A stretch of 64,000 nucleotides of DNA. Source: Rhina ancylostomus. Lineage: Eukaryota. The notes under the pieces are model-generated. The model saw nothing but the letters and a program-made list of their open reading frames with translations. It searched no databases and was not told where the DNA came from. The DNA lies in contig JARFYF010000094.1 in NCBI GenBank assembly GCA_030265395.1, positions 38,795,841 to 38,859,840 of the forward strand, given 5' to 3'. Below are positions 1 to 12,971 of this stretch, in pieces; position 1 is the first letter of the stretch, and each line of letters opens with the position of its first letter. Made by a program: the position numbers and the translations under genes.

Positions 1-439
1 CAAGCATGGCTGAAGTAGAAAAATCAAGCTGTGCAGTTTTCTGGTATTGATTTCATCAGTCCGTATCATGTTTGTTATGGGTGACAATTTCTGCACTCAG
101 CCATTTGATTTATTTTAAGGCCACTATAACAATGACGCAAGATGAAAGGGGAACTAGCTACAAACACTGCAAAAGCTCTTTGATTTAATAATGCTAATAC
201 CGTTTCTTAATGAGCAACCTCTGCTGGAAACGTTTAATGATTGTGAGCTGGGAATTCAATCACGTAGTGCATGGCTTTTATGAGGAGTAAAATCTGTCAT
301 GTTTACTTTCTTGCAAGCATATGTATGAAACAATGTTGAATCATGTGATTTATTTGCTCGTTGGGCCTAGGCACAAATGACACTAAACTGTCAAGTCAAT
401 AAGCACACAACGCACAGTTAACATCACTGCTGCAACATT

Positions 440-1410
440 GGAACATTAATATATGGCTAGGAAACAGTGTAGGCCACGACTATAAAGGCAGAGAGTGACC
501 ATGTTGGTCAGCTCCTAAAAGGCATGACTGCTAGACTGGGGTCAGTGGCAGGTAGTGAGGAAATATATTACTGTTCCTTCATTACAGAATCCAGGAACTG
601 AATCCAGGAACTCCCTGCCCAGCAGCATTGTGAGTGTGCTTTTTTTGGAAGGACTGCAGCACCAAGAAGGTGAATTACCACCTGATCTTACTCCCTGTCA
701 CGCTCATCCATTCACGATCGCATTGATAGAAATGACCACTGCACAGTACATGTGGAGATGATGTTCCTTCTTCATACAAAGGGCACTCTCCTCTGTGATG
801 TGCAGTATCAAAATCATGCTAAATGAGATGGATTCAGAACTCATAACTGGACATCCATAAGGTGCTGACAATACACAATATATTCTCAAGGCTCAGCATG
901 TCCCTCACTCTAACATTAGCTTCAAGGAACAGCCTTGGTTTAATGAAATGTACCAAAGGGCATGCTGGGATCAGTATCAGGAATACTTAAAAATGAGATC
1001 CAAACACAGTGAAACAAGACTATATGCAACAATAGAGAGAGCTACATGGTCCTCTAATCAACAATCAGATCAATATGCTACTGAATAGTGCTGGACAACT
1101 AACCAGTTTAATAAGAGGGTAAAGTTGCTCGACCGTCCCCATCCTCAACAATTAGCATGTGAGTACTGAAGACAAGGCTGAAGCATTTGCAGCCATGCTC
1201 TGCCAGAAGTGCTGAGTGAATGATCCATCCCGACTTTCTCTCATGTTACTCACCCTCACAGAAGTCAGTTTTCAGCCAATTCAGTTCACTTCATGTGATA
1301 TTAAGAAATGGCTGGGAGCCCTTGGATACAGCAACCCTTGTGGGACCAGACATAATACAGGCTATGATACCAAAGACTTACATTTTAGAACTAGCAACTA
1401 GCTTGTACAG
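440..1410 (+). mobile_element. Degraded CR1/L2-group LINE fragment (region upstream of RT)
   Basis: Frameshifted translations QPIQFTSCDIKKWL and LDTATLVGPDIIQAMIPKTYILELA resemble the pre-RT motif LDxxKAxGPDxIPxxxLKxxxxELA. Confidence 0.7.
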
Positions 1411-2365
1411 AAACCTTAAGAATGCAAATCATGTTTCAGAAACTAGAAAACTGCCACAGAAAGCATCCAATACTTGTACGATAGTAGCAACATCCTGAAG
1501 AAATTAACCACTAACTTATCTCAGGGGGATAAAAGATCCTTTTAGATAATGTTGGGAAAGTTCTCCCAAATGCTTAAAATGTGTTCGGTCATGTGAGATT
1601 AAAAGGTGGCATTAAATGGAATGGTATATGCTAATTGACATCATTATCTGATGGGTCTGTGCTCTTCTGGTAGGCATTGAGTGCAGCTGTGCTGATACTC
1701 TCACCAATATGGTTACCCAGCACAATTCGGACCTCAAGTGTGCATATGTAGCACAGTGCCAGTTTGGTACTCTAAACAGTTCCTAAGATGGATGTTGCCT
1801 GGTTGAATTTCCACTTTCCAATATGATAAAAATGACTGCAGGAGGTTTGAAAATAAGTTGGTTCCTGATGCCTGAAAACACTTGTCATTACTGCAGATTC
1901 ACATCATTGCTTTCTGTTTTGCCCCATTTACAAGACACTTCTTCAAAAGTGAGATCACACTGATTGGGTCACGATTATCTTTCTTTTCTGCACTTTCTAT
2001 CAACAGTTACACAATCAGAAAATTGCATTTAATCCAGAGAAAAATTTGTTGCACATTAATACCCGTGTCATCAGTCTCAATGCATACAAACAGAATAGAG
2101 ATCCCGTCTTGGATTGTGCAAGAATCCCTATTCAACTGTTTCCAAGCAACGGAACCTTCAATGGGTTAATGATTGACGGCAGAGCAATGCGTGTGAATGG
2201 GACATACATTGAAATTCTGATTCTGTTTAACTTAACTCATTTCCTGCCACCCACTCCAGCAACTGCATCTATGCACAAGGGGAGGAAGGCACTGGGTTGT
2301 GTAGCTAACAACCCCAGATGGAAAAGTACAACCTCTTTACACCTTCCAAGATCCACCAGTAACCA

Positions 2366-2579
2366 AGACACAAGAGACTACAGATGCTGGAATCTAGAGC
2401 AACAACCAATTGGCTGGAAGAACTCAGCAGGTCAAGCAGTATCTGTAGGTGGGAAAGGAATTGTCGATGTTTCGACAGTCCTGATGCAGGGTATCAACAG
2501 AAAACACTGACAATTCCTTCCCCTCGCCACAGATGCTGCTTAATCTGCTGAGTTCTTCCAGTAAATTGTTTATTGATTA
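2366..2579 (-). mobile_element. Penelope-type fold-back short element with 11-bp TSD
   Basis: ACCAGTAACCA at 2355-2365 and 2580-2590. Inverted arms 2400-2473 and 2500-2575. Contains the GATGCTG...CTGCTGAGTTCTTCCAG repeat and a degenerate hammerhead motif. Confidence 0.75.
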
Positions 2580-2734
2580 ACCAGTAACCATTGACCATTA
2601 CATGCTAATACTAGAATGATTCAGGTTTGCTTATCCAGATTGAAACTCCCATAATGTACGAGATGAATCATTAAGCTGGCACTGTTCCACATTTGTATAG
2701 CAGGTGAATCATTTCAAATGGAGCAGGAAATTCT

Positions 2735-2935
2735 CCATGCCATCTTGGCATTTATTTCTCAACCAAAAACAATGGAACAAATCTGCTTGTGGGACTTTGC
2801 TGTTTGGCAATAGACTGTTGCGTTTCCGACAGGTTGAAGTGACCGGCAGAAATGCTTCTTTGGCTGTGGGTTTCTTTCGGCCACAATGAAATTATGAAAC
2901 GTGCTGCAAAATCTTTCTTATTCCTTTCTTTCTTT
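2735..2935 (+). mobile_element. 3' part of a Deu-domain (SacSINE1/AmnSINE-like) SINE
   Basis: TGCTTGTGGGACTTTGCTGT...TTGGCTGT...TGAAACGTGCTGCAAAATCTTTCTT resembles the tails of the copies at 15641-15790 and 37500-37820. Confidence 0.5.
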
Positions 2936-4178
2936 TACGAGACCAACCCCTGATAGCTGGAAGTCAGCACAGGCTGAAATGCAGCACGAGATAGCAATGC
3001 TTCATCATATACCCTCCAGAGTATGTGACAATGGTAACCGTTTCACCTGCTGACTGAGTGAGGTGTCTGACACGAGACATGGTGTTTCTTAAATCAGAAT
3101 GTGAAACTTTAATTGTATCAGATGTAAGCAAGTGTGCTTCAGTGGAAAAGAACTTACCTGCTTGATTGTGTCCAGTGCAAGACAACAGCAGGCCATCAGC
3201 AGGTTACTGTTTACAGGACCGCACTTCTTGCTTGCTTTTGCAGAAAACCGAGCACATTATACTGAACGTTCCTGCAGCTGTAATTTAGATTCTACAGCTG
3301 TAATGTAGTTACGACATAATTTGAACACCTTCTGGTATCTGATTCATTTAGGGATATATCAACTGTTGCCCTGTGAATAAATAAAGTCAGGTGCCTTCCT
3401 TTGGAATCGCTGCCCACAGGACTGACTCCCAAGGGTGAAGCCTAGAAATAGATTATCATGGATTTGCTAAAGGAAGTTACATCATGTTTGCAATCTGTAG
3501 GCAAAGGAAAGTATCAGAGCAATTATTTTTTAATCGTGCAAAAGCTGCTTATCAGTAGGGAGGATTGTAGGACTGAACCTTTGTGTTTTCATGGGAACAG
3601 GACTCCACCTGCACAGGATATAGGATCTTTTCATATTTTTATATATTATGGGACCCTGAGCTTGATCTTCATATAATGGAACTTACTTCTTCAACCTTCT
3701 CTGTATTTGAATACAGACAAGGGCAAACATGAGATCCATCTCAACACACACATTGAACACCACATTTTTCTTTATCCAATGTTTATATCATTTACTTTTT
3801 TAAATTTGAATTTGTATTCAACAAATCAGAGAATCATAGGAGCAATAATTAAATATAGACAATGTCATAGTTTTAAAAACCAAGAGGATGTATTATTCAC
3901 CCAAGTCATCATCACTTTCAAGAACTCCATGATCACAGTGGGATATTATGAGACCAATGGGTTTCCACTGTGAGTGTGTTTATATTAACCTTTCAGAAAA
4001 GACTTCAAACTGACTGATCACAGGCAATTCATAATCATTCGCAGTTCATCGTTTATTCTGCAAAACGGAAACAAAAAGTGGAAGCAACTTTGTATTTTAA
4101 TGCACAATTTTACTTAATTATTTATGATTGGTGTGTTGGTAAGGAGAGAGGGGGATGGGAGGAAGAATGGGGTATAGA

Positions 4179-4530
4179 GGTGGTGCAGAAGTTAAATTAG
4201 CAAACTAATGATCCTGAGACCTGGACTAAGAATTCAGAGATCAATTCCCACCAAAGGAAGTTAAATTCAGTTAAAAATCCAGAATTAAAATAAAAACTAG
4301 TCATTAATAATGATGAGAACTAAATTACTGGACTGTTGCAAAAAAAGACCATCTTGTTCACTAAGTTCTTTGAGGGGAAGAGATCTATTTCCTTATATGT
4401 GTCTCCAGAGTCACCAGTGTGGTTAATACTGAAGACTTATCAAGCCATTCAGTTCAAAGGCATTCAAGAAGAGCAATGTGTTTTGTTGGCCTTGCCGTTG
4501 ATGCTCAGATCTTGAAAACTGATCAAATGA
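4179..4530 (+). mobile_element. tRNA-derived SINE with LINE-type 3' tail
   Basis: A-box-like GGTGGTGCAGAAG head and body ...TACTGGACTGTTGCAAAAAAAGACC..., also seen at 46201-46530 and reversed at 10830-11080 and 15320-15640. Tail GGCCTTGCC..GATGCTCAGATC. Confidence 0.6.
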
Positions 4531-5789
4531 AAATAGATGCAGGAAACAAAAATATAGATTGTTTTCTTCCTGTTTTTCAGGTTTTATCCTACTAAAAAGA
4601 GATTTTCAAAAATATGTAATATATATATTGAAACAATATCTCTCTTAACCTCATCTAAAATACTAAGGCTAAATGTTTGCCAAAAGGAATTTTCTTCCTG
4701 GAGAGAGAAAAATCCCTCAGGACACAATTTCCATTTGAATGTATTGGACTGTCAATAAATGAAAATTGCAGTGATTAATTATTAAATTCATGAGTTATTG
4801 GGGTGACAAATCAGCTCTTTCTGCAGAAATCTGATCTAGGTCATTATTATGAAAATGTTAATATTTGAGAGTTGTGATTGTAAAATCAGAATAAACTAAT
4901 AGATTGCAGAGATGTCTCGGTTAAATGTTATAATCCAACAAACTGCCAATTTTTCTAATGTGACCCAGGGATTACCACGTGTACCATGTGTCACATTATT
5001 GACCAGCAAGCTCCTGTATCTGATGCTGCTCTCTTAGCATCGNNNNNNNNNNNNNNNNNNNNNNNNNNNNNNNNNNNNNNNNNNNNNNNNNNNNNNNNNN
5101 NNNNNNNNNNNNNNNNNNNNNNNNNNNNNNNNNNNNNNNNNNNNNNNNNNNNNNNNNNNNNNNNNNNNNNNNNNNNNNNNNNNNNNNNNNNNNNNNNNNN
5201 NNNNNNNNNNNNNNNNNNNNNNNNNNNNNNNNNNNNNNNNNNNNNNNNNNNNNNNNNNNNNNNNNNNNNNNNNNNNNNNNNNNNNNNNNNNNNNNNNNNN
5301 NNNNNNNNNNNNNNNNNNNNNNNNNNNNNNNNNNNNNNNNNNNNNNNNNNNNNNNAGCCAGGCTATACTACGCAAAAGCCGCTTATCAGTAGGGATAAAC
5401 TGTAGTTCTCAAACATGATGTGATTTCCTTTAGCAAGTTTCTTTTTACCAAGTTGTACTTGATAAATGCTTTGATATACACCTGTAGGAGAAGGCTGCTT
5501 AGTACAAAGTACTTCCTGAATTCCATAAGAGCACAGATTCCAAAGCAGCCTATTGTGGAGCAGGAAGCCACATTATCTGTATAAGCTTTTTGCTGGAACA
5601 ATGTAAATGTAACTTCACTGTCCCATTCATTCTCCAGGGCTCTGTAACATCCTTGGTTTTATATATACAACTGCATTGTCCATTCCTTTTAAGCAATGTT
5701 ACCTACTCCAACAACTTTTGACTCAACCAACTCATGGGAAAGAAATATCTCCAAACCTCTTGCTTTACTACCTTGTGATATTTTGATTT

Positions 5790-6470
5790 TCTTTTTATTC
5801 ATACACAGGGTGGAGAAGTTGCCGCCAACATTTAGTTTTCATCCCTAATTACAATAAATAAGGCAATGCTGAGTCACCTTCTTAAACTGCTATGATCTTT
5901 GTGGTGAGGTTCTCACAAAGTGCTATTAGTTAAGGCCTCCAGTATTGTGGCAATGAGGGAATAAGAGTATAGATCTAAGTCTGGATGTTGTGCAGATTGG
6001 AGCGGGACTTGCAAGTAATGTTGTTCGGTTGAGGTTATGGGCTTGGGAAATACTGTTGAAAAACTTAAGGCAAATTATGGCAGTCCATCCTTAGAAGGTA
6101 CGCTTCACTAAGCTGCAGCAATGTTTATTTTAGAATAATGTTTAGAATGCTAGTTATAGTGGGTAGGATATTGAATAAATGAGCAGCTTTGTCTTAGTGT
6201 GGTGTTTCTTGACCATTGGAAATGGACTCATCCTGGCCAGTGAAGAGTATTCTAATTTTGTACTGTAGATGGTGGAACGGCATTACGGTCACTCCAAACA
6301 GAATAGCCAACCTCTTATCTGTTTCTGTAGCCATAGTATTTATGTGGCTGCTCCAGTAAAGCTTTTAGTTAGTGGTAATTCTGAGGATGTTGATGGTGGG
6401 GGATTAGGTGGTGCTTGTGCAACTGGATATCAAGAGGAGGTAATTATATTCTCTCTTGTTGGGGTTTGAC
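5790..6470 (-). mobile_element. 3' portion of a CR1/L2-group LINE
   Basis: Reverse-complement 3' tail at ~5790-5900 followed by degraded RT-end sequence; similar to the 8940-9740 segment. Confidence 0.55.
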
Positions 6471-6689
6471 CAAATCTGTCACTACCTATTATATTAAATC
6501 TGTTAATTAGCTCAACAAATTAATTAACTGAAAGTGAATCAAACAAAGGAGTTGCATTCACAAGGCAAGGAGAAAAGCCACCATTCAACAATCAACCTAA
6601 AAGTGACCAGTCAGATTTTTGTATTTAAATAAACAGCAAGTTACCAAGCAGAAAGTATGACAAGTCGTACCAAATTGCTCAAATGTTTT

Positions 6690-7330
6690 TGCTGCAGCTT
6701 TCACTTTCAAGTACACCACTGTTCACTACTTCCTTACCAGTTAACAAATATTACGTTTTGCTGTTCTTCCCAACAAAATAAATGTCCTTGTTTTCCTGTG
6801 GAATACATCATTTGCCACTTCTTGTCCACTCGTTTGACCCAACTATAACATTTTGCAGATAGTTTGCATCCTCCAAACAAGTTTAGTATTCCATTTGGCT
6901 TTGTGTCACCAATAACTTGATTCTATAACACTCTGTCCTTACATCAAAGTCATGGATGTGGATTGTAAATATACTGATTCTTGTGTCAGCCCCCAACTGG
7001 AAGCATGCCAACCCAAAAATTACCCCTTTATTCCTGCTCTCTGGTTTCTGTCACTGTGTTATCCTTGCTAATAATATATTACTCCCAATCTTGTGAGCCT
7101 TATTTTAGGTGACAAAACTTTACGTGATACCTCAGCANNNNNNNNNNNAGCATTCAAATTATATCATATCCATTGGTTCCCTCTACTTGTTATTGATAAA
7201 GCAATTGAAGGTGGTTGGGTCCTGGACTGCCCAAGGGAATTCCTGCAGTGATGTCCTGAGGCAGAGGTGATTGACCTCCGATAATCACAACTGTCTTCTT
7301 TTAAGCTGGGAATGATTACAATCATTCTAC
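6690..7330 (-). mobile_element. Degraded CR1-group RT fragments
   Basis: Minus-strand remnants of the RT region including the xLDFxKAFDxV-like segment near 7120-7180, followed by a piece of a second LINE. Confidence 0.5.
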
Positions 7331-8346
7331 TAATCATATTTTGATTGCTGTACCATAATTGTTCATTTTATAGATAACATTTAGTGCAGGAAACAAGGTG
7401 CTATTAACTATTTTTTTCACTTTTAATGAAGGATTTAGTTTCTTCCATTTTGAAATTCTAGTAGGTAATATTTGGTTGTCTAACATTTAAAATAACCACT
7501 AGAATTTCAAAATGAAAGATATAATTGTCACCAGCAGTCATCTATGCTTGATGCTGCTTAATATATGGATGTGATGAGGGGAGAAACTTCAAAGAGTTTA
7601 AATGTCACCAGAGAGCCTCTGTGTTACAGCAAAGTGGAAGCACAAAGTAAACAAGTCCATTACACTTTCCATCTTATTTTCTTTCCATTGACTTCAGTAA
7701 TGACCATGCAATTTCCCTTTGCAGCTTTTTTCATGGACCATGCTGTGTTTCTGGTGCTATAATCCCTGCCAACATCAACATCTTCTGAAACACGAGAACC
7801 ACGGATTGAAGTTGTGGAAAGGGAACTCTTATTGTGGTATCCACTTGCTGAGCCTGACAGGTGTTACCAAAAGATGTCACATTTCAATTTCTTTTCTTCC
7901 AATCCTGGGAATGGATTCCCTATTTTCGGCCCCTCTCTCACACTAACTGATGGAGACAGGCTGCTTTCTGCTCTTATTCTGGATTACAGGTTCAGGTCTG
8001 GAGTTGATCCCAGCCCTTGCTTCATTCTCAAGATAATCATTGGGAGAAGCTCGCATGAATTTCACCGGTCCCATCAATGGCTGGAATTCCTTTTAGAGAA
8101 ACCCTAATTTTCAAGGAGAAACTCAATGATTCCAGACTGGGGGTACCCCAAACAAAAGGGAAAGAGAAACACACAAAATATAACATACAAACGATATAGT
8201 GTGGGAGATACTATGTCTCCCACACTATATCGTTTGTATGTTATATTTTGGGTCATTAACAAGAGTCCTCTGGGGAAAGAGAAGACAGCTGTGGGAAATC
8301 AATCTCTCCCTTTCCTTCAGAAATACTATTCAAGTCCTAACCAATA

Positions 8347-8671
8347 CAGTAAAGCTCTCATAATCCACAATTGGACCATTCACAAATCCTGATGGTTTGG
8401 CACCCAACCTGCTAGGTGATGTTAGCCATGCTCGCTTCCCACTCCCCAGGATCAAGTTCTGGTATTCCCTTCTCACTCACCATAGCCCCAATTCCCATGC
8501 TCCTTTTAAATTACTTTGTTCATTGGAAAATTTATCATAATACTGTGTAATATCTATAGTGAACTAAAAACTTGTTGCAGTGTTATTGGAAATAACATCC
8601 AATAGTCCAGAAAATTTGCCAGTCCAATGCCATAAAAGTTCCAAGTGTACTGGATTATTGGAGTTTTACTG
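8347..8671. mobile_element. Tc1/mariner (pogo/Tigger-like) MITE
   Basis: TIRs CAGTAAAGCTCTCATAATCCA (8347-8367) and TGGATTATTGGAGTTTTACTG (8651-8671), 18/21 match. Flanked by TA at 8345-8346 and 8672-8673. Confidence 0.85.
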
Positions 8672-8939
8672 TATCCACTTTGGCTGTAAAAGTTCTCTTC
8701 CATGGGGTAAAGTAGCTTGGCAATTCACTGAGGTAATCACGGAGTGGGACGAGTTTTACCCATGTAGTAGGTTTCCAATCTCAGCTAAAGACTGAGGAAG
8801 ACTCTGAACAGCACCCAATTATTTACCCACAATGGAGAAGAATTACCTAGAAAACCTACCAACTAGCTCACTTTTGATGGCCAACCTTATAATGGCTGGT
8901 CTGTCAAATCTGATACTTACATTCCTGTAAGTTTCTGTT

Positions 8940-10830
8940 TTTATTATTTATTCACGATATGTAGATGTTACTGGCAAGCCTGGGCTTCAGTGTCCAATCT
9001 AATTGGCCTTGAGAAGGTGAGTCATTTTCATCAGCTGCAATCTGTGATGTGAAGGTGCCCCCATGGTGTTGTTGGTTAGTTGCCCCAATGACAATGAAGG
9101 AGACTAATACATGGGGAGGTGAGGATGTTGTGTGACTTGGGAGAAGATGTTAGAGATTATGATGTCTGCATTTCATTGTGGGTTGAACCATCCATCCTTG
9201 GGAGGAACTCTCAAAGAAGTTCTGACAAGTTGCTGCAGAGCATCCCATAGTTGGTCTATGGGGTAGCCTCAGTGGTGAAGGGAGTGAATATTTAAATATT
9301 TTGCACACATCTTGGCCTCTCCTTTCATTGGGGATGGTGAGGTCCATGGATAACAATGTACATAGGGACTGCTTCTCTATGCCTTTAGTTGTTATCTAAT
9401 CCCTGCCATTCACGACTGGATGTGGCAGGACTGAAAAGCTTTGACCTGATCTGTTGGCTGTGGAATCACTTAGCTTTGTCAATGACATGCTGCTTCCATC
9501 ACTTAGCACACCATTGACAAAAGCTAAGCACAGCCATCTCTGTGCAGCTGCTCATCAGATTGGTACCTCATCTTTAGATACACCTGGTATGTCCTTCTAC
9601 ATTTCTCATTGAACCAGGGTAGCTCTCCTGCCTGACTGCAATGGTAAAGTGGGGATATGCCCTGAATGATTGTGGTGGAATTCAATTACACTGCTGCTAA
9701 AGCTGCCAAAACACTTGATAAGCATCAGTTTTCCGAATCTATGAGGTCCCCTCTCATTCTTCTGTAAAAGAGAAATGAAAAAAAAAGAAAAAAAAAGAAA
9801 CTTATAGAAACATTTAGAACATTGAAAGGACTGGTCAGAGTAGATGTGGCTAAGCTGTTTCCCTAGGTGGGTTAGTCCAGGACCAAAGGGCACAATCTTA
9901 TATTTAGAGGATACCGGTTTAAAGCAGAGTTGAAGAGAAATTTCTTTAGCCAGAGGGTAGTGAATTTATGGAACTCTTTGCCACATACAGCTGTGGAGGC
10001 CCAATCATTGGGGGTGTTTAAAGAGGAGATAGATAGATATCTAATTAGTCAATGTATCAAGGGATATGGCAATAAGGCCAGAAATTGGATCGAGAAAGGA
10101 ATAGTTTTTTTTTCTCTTTTTATTTCTTGTTTTTTCATTTTCTTTAACTCATGGAGCAGACTTGATGGGCCAAATGGCCTACTTCTGCTCCCTTGTCTTG
10201 TGATCTTATGAATCCAGAGCAGCTGTGAAGCTATCCCATTCAGCAGGGTGGTAGAATCACATAATGTGATGGTGTTTTCATTGTGAAGATGGGATTTTGT
10301 CTCCACACAGTTTCGTTGGCAGGTGTATCTGTAACAGGTTGATCGGTAAGAATAAGCTCCTCATGTTGGCTCTCTCATTACCTGTGTCCACATGGAGGAA
10401 CATTGATTCTTTAAGTGAGATGATGGGAAGTACTCATTAGCAGAAAGCTGTCTTGTTTGATGTCATGCAACTCCATAGGGTTCAGAACCAATGTTGTGGA
10501 CAGTTACAGCCACTCCCTCTTGACTGTGTACCACAGTGCCGGCAGCTCTACTGAACTTCCATGCTATGGGATAGAACATCCTCAGGGATTATGACAAAAC
10601 AGTTTGGGGTGTCAGCTGGAAATGATGATTCTGTAAGTTTGATTTTCTCTTGACTAGATTCAGGGGTAGCTCTCATTTTCTGGCATTTTTCCAGATGTTA
10701 GTTAGGAGGACTTTGCATTGTAAATAGGTTAAGTGCGTCTTTGCTAGTGATCATATTCAATGCTGAGGTCAGTATTGTGTGGTCTGTCCTGTTTTGTTCT
10801 CACTCTACCTTGTTGTAGTATATGAGGTCT
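8940..10830 (-). mobile_element. Fragmented old CR1/L2-group LINE interrupted by a CR1 insertion
   Basis: 3' tail at ~8945-9010 (reverse complement), with degraded ORF2 sequence continuing on both sides of 9800-10210. Confidence 0.55.
9800..10210 (+). mobile_element. CR1 LINE 3' end (5'-truncated)
   Basis: Encodes the typical CR1 C-terminus RNFFSQRVVNLWNSLP..AVEAQSLGVFKEEIDRYL, then tail GATGGGCCAAATGGCCTACTTCTGCTCC. Confidence 0.85.
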
Positions 10831-11080
10831 TTGGCCTTATCAGAGGGTAGTTACAAGCCAATCACATTGGCAATAGTCTGCAGTCACATCTAGGCCAGAC
10901 TGCGTAAGACTGGCAGATTTTCTTCCCTAAAGGGCATAGATAAGCCTGAAATGTTTTTACAACAATTTGTTAGTTTCATNNNNNNNNNNNNNNATGCACA
11001 GTCTTTAACCCAAATGTATTTAATTGACTGAATATAAAGGCCCCAGCTGACACAGGGGGATTGCATGTTTCATTGCATGA
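10830..11080 (-). mobile_element. SINE (same family as 4179-4530)
   Basis: GTCACATCTAGGCCAGACTG..GGCAGATTTTCTTCCCTAAAGG..TTTTTACAACAAT parallels 15450-15540. Confidence 0.55.
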
Positions 11081-12567
11081 TCCCCATCTCCATCATTTTA
11101 TTAACTAATAAAGTATGCAAAGACAAAGAAAAACCTGCAGAATTAATATTTTTAAATGCACCATGAGCTTTTATTCCTTTCTTTATTTTGATCATAGTGG
11201 CAATTAATAGTGGGCTTCACCTCCCAAGGTACGAGTCTCCTCCATTGTCACTGGAGCAGCATCCCGTACCTGCCCAGCCAACAGCACCATGGGGGCACCT
11301 TTACATCACAGACTCCGGTCAATCAAGAATAGGGCTCACCTTCTCTGGACTAATTTGAATGGACAATAAGGCCCACTAAGATTAATATTTGACTCCATGA
11401 AGTTCCAAAGCTATCCTGTAGGGCTGACTGCCCCAGCAATGATACTGACCCACCCTTGTAAATACTGCTGTCTCTACCATTATCTCAAGGAGAAAGAAAA
11501 TAAAAAAAGTACTAAAAATAAAACTGCAAGAATGCAAAACATATTTCGTTATGTCAGTGATGCTCTGTTTGACCTTCATAATAGTCATGGAGATGCCAGA
11601 CCGGATCGGAGGCTGGAGTCACGTCTCACTAGTCACAAGAATAATAGTGTTGGTAGCCATGTGTGGAAATGGAAAGGAAATGGAAGGACAGAAAGTAATT
11701 AGAAGGAGAAAATTTGGATGGCTTCCACATTCAAAGTGATAAATCTACTGTCATTCCCTTTTTCAGGCCATCAAAACAAGCAGGGATCCTCAATTTAAGC
11801 TTTAAGAAAACAGATTGAATATTCACCAGCAACTCCAACATTAACAGAGAGCATATCTTACATTTTCAGGCTGCTGCAGGGAAAAACATTTTTCCTCACT
11901 CATATAATATAGTTTAAAAAAAGCACCTGGAGGGTCAAATATATACATAAATGGCCCATTTTAAAGAGTTCGCTACTTATTACGTTGTGTTGCATTAGCG
12001 TTAGCTTGCTACCTACACAATTTTCTGCTCAAAGCCATCCAAAGAAACAATTATTCTATTAATTGAACCCGGCAGCATTAAAACACGGATTCTGACCCTC
12101 ATTTCTCCTTCCAGGCGGTGATTGACATTTGGTCAAAAGATGACATAAGAATTTCTGCACTGCAGTGCAAGAAACTAAGGCTGGTAATGCATAAACTGGG
12201 GCAGCTTATCAAACCAGTTACCTCTCTCCCCAGCGCCCTGTATCCCTCGGACACTTGCAGTTCTTACTTGGGAGTTTTAAAGCGCAGAGGGTGAGACTTC
12301 AGGCAGAACTCAGTATTGTAAGACGGGAGCTGTAACGTTCCGTTCCGCCACCACGTTCCCTGAAACTCAGTCCCCAACACTTCTTGGGGAAAATAACACT
12401 GGGGAAGGGGGGGGGGGAACCCTAACTACAACGGCTTCCCCAAGCCTCAACTCCCCCGTTGTTCTTACGACAACTACTTCTCACTCAGATACCTCTTTTG
12501 TATCCTCGACCAGCTTTGCAGATGGGCTTCTGCTTGCCTGTGTTCTTTGATAGGCAGCGGGCAACCA

Positions 12568-12609
12568 CCAATCAAGTGCTAGGAGTCAGCCGGCTGCTGT
12601 ATTATATAG
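12568..12609 (+). promoter_or_regulatory. Probable LRRN1 core promoter (CCAAT box plus TATA-like box)
   Basis: CCAAT at 12568-12572 and TATTATATAG at 12600-12609. They lie in a locally CpG/GC-enriched, repeat-poor region (~12.2-13.4 kb), about 360 bp before a strong splice donor. Confidence 0.6.
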
Positions 12610-12633
12610 TCCCAGGTGCTCGGTGACACAGGC

Positions 12634-12971
12634 AGTGGAGGGAGAGCCTGCCTTGGCTCGTTTGTGTCCTCTCAGCTGCGAGACAACTTGCGTGCTATTG
12701 CAGCCGGGGAATAATTTCTGCAGGCAACGATCACGCTGGAGATGAATTTGAATCTTCCAGTTTAACATTTCTTTCGCGCAGAAGCTGATGGAGGAAATTT
12801 TGCTGAAATCTTGAGAACCGGGAGAAAGTGCTGGGTGTTTGCAATTAACTAAATGAATCTTTCACAGTGACGGCACGTTAGCCCCTACCGAGTGTCCCAA
12901 TTCACCGTGCAAACAGTTTTTTTCACTCCATGTAGGACCTGCAGTTGGATGTAACACTTCAGTTTACTTGG
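12634..12971 (+). other. LRRN1: Probable non-coding exon 1 of LRRN1 (TSS approximate)
   Basis: Starts ~30 nt after the TATA-like box and ends at donor TGG|GTAAGG (GT at 12972-12973). Fits the known LRRN1 layout of a non-coding first exon, long intron and single coding exon. No transcript data. Confidence 0.55.

Noticed and set aside
4986-5405. ORFs spanning N runs (also ~19.6, 32.0, 33.3, 47.9 and 56.5 kb)
   Set aside because: Open only because gaps contain no stop codons.
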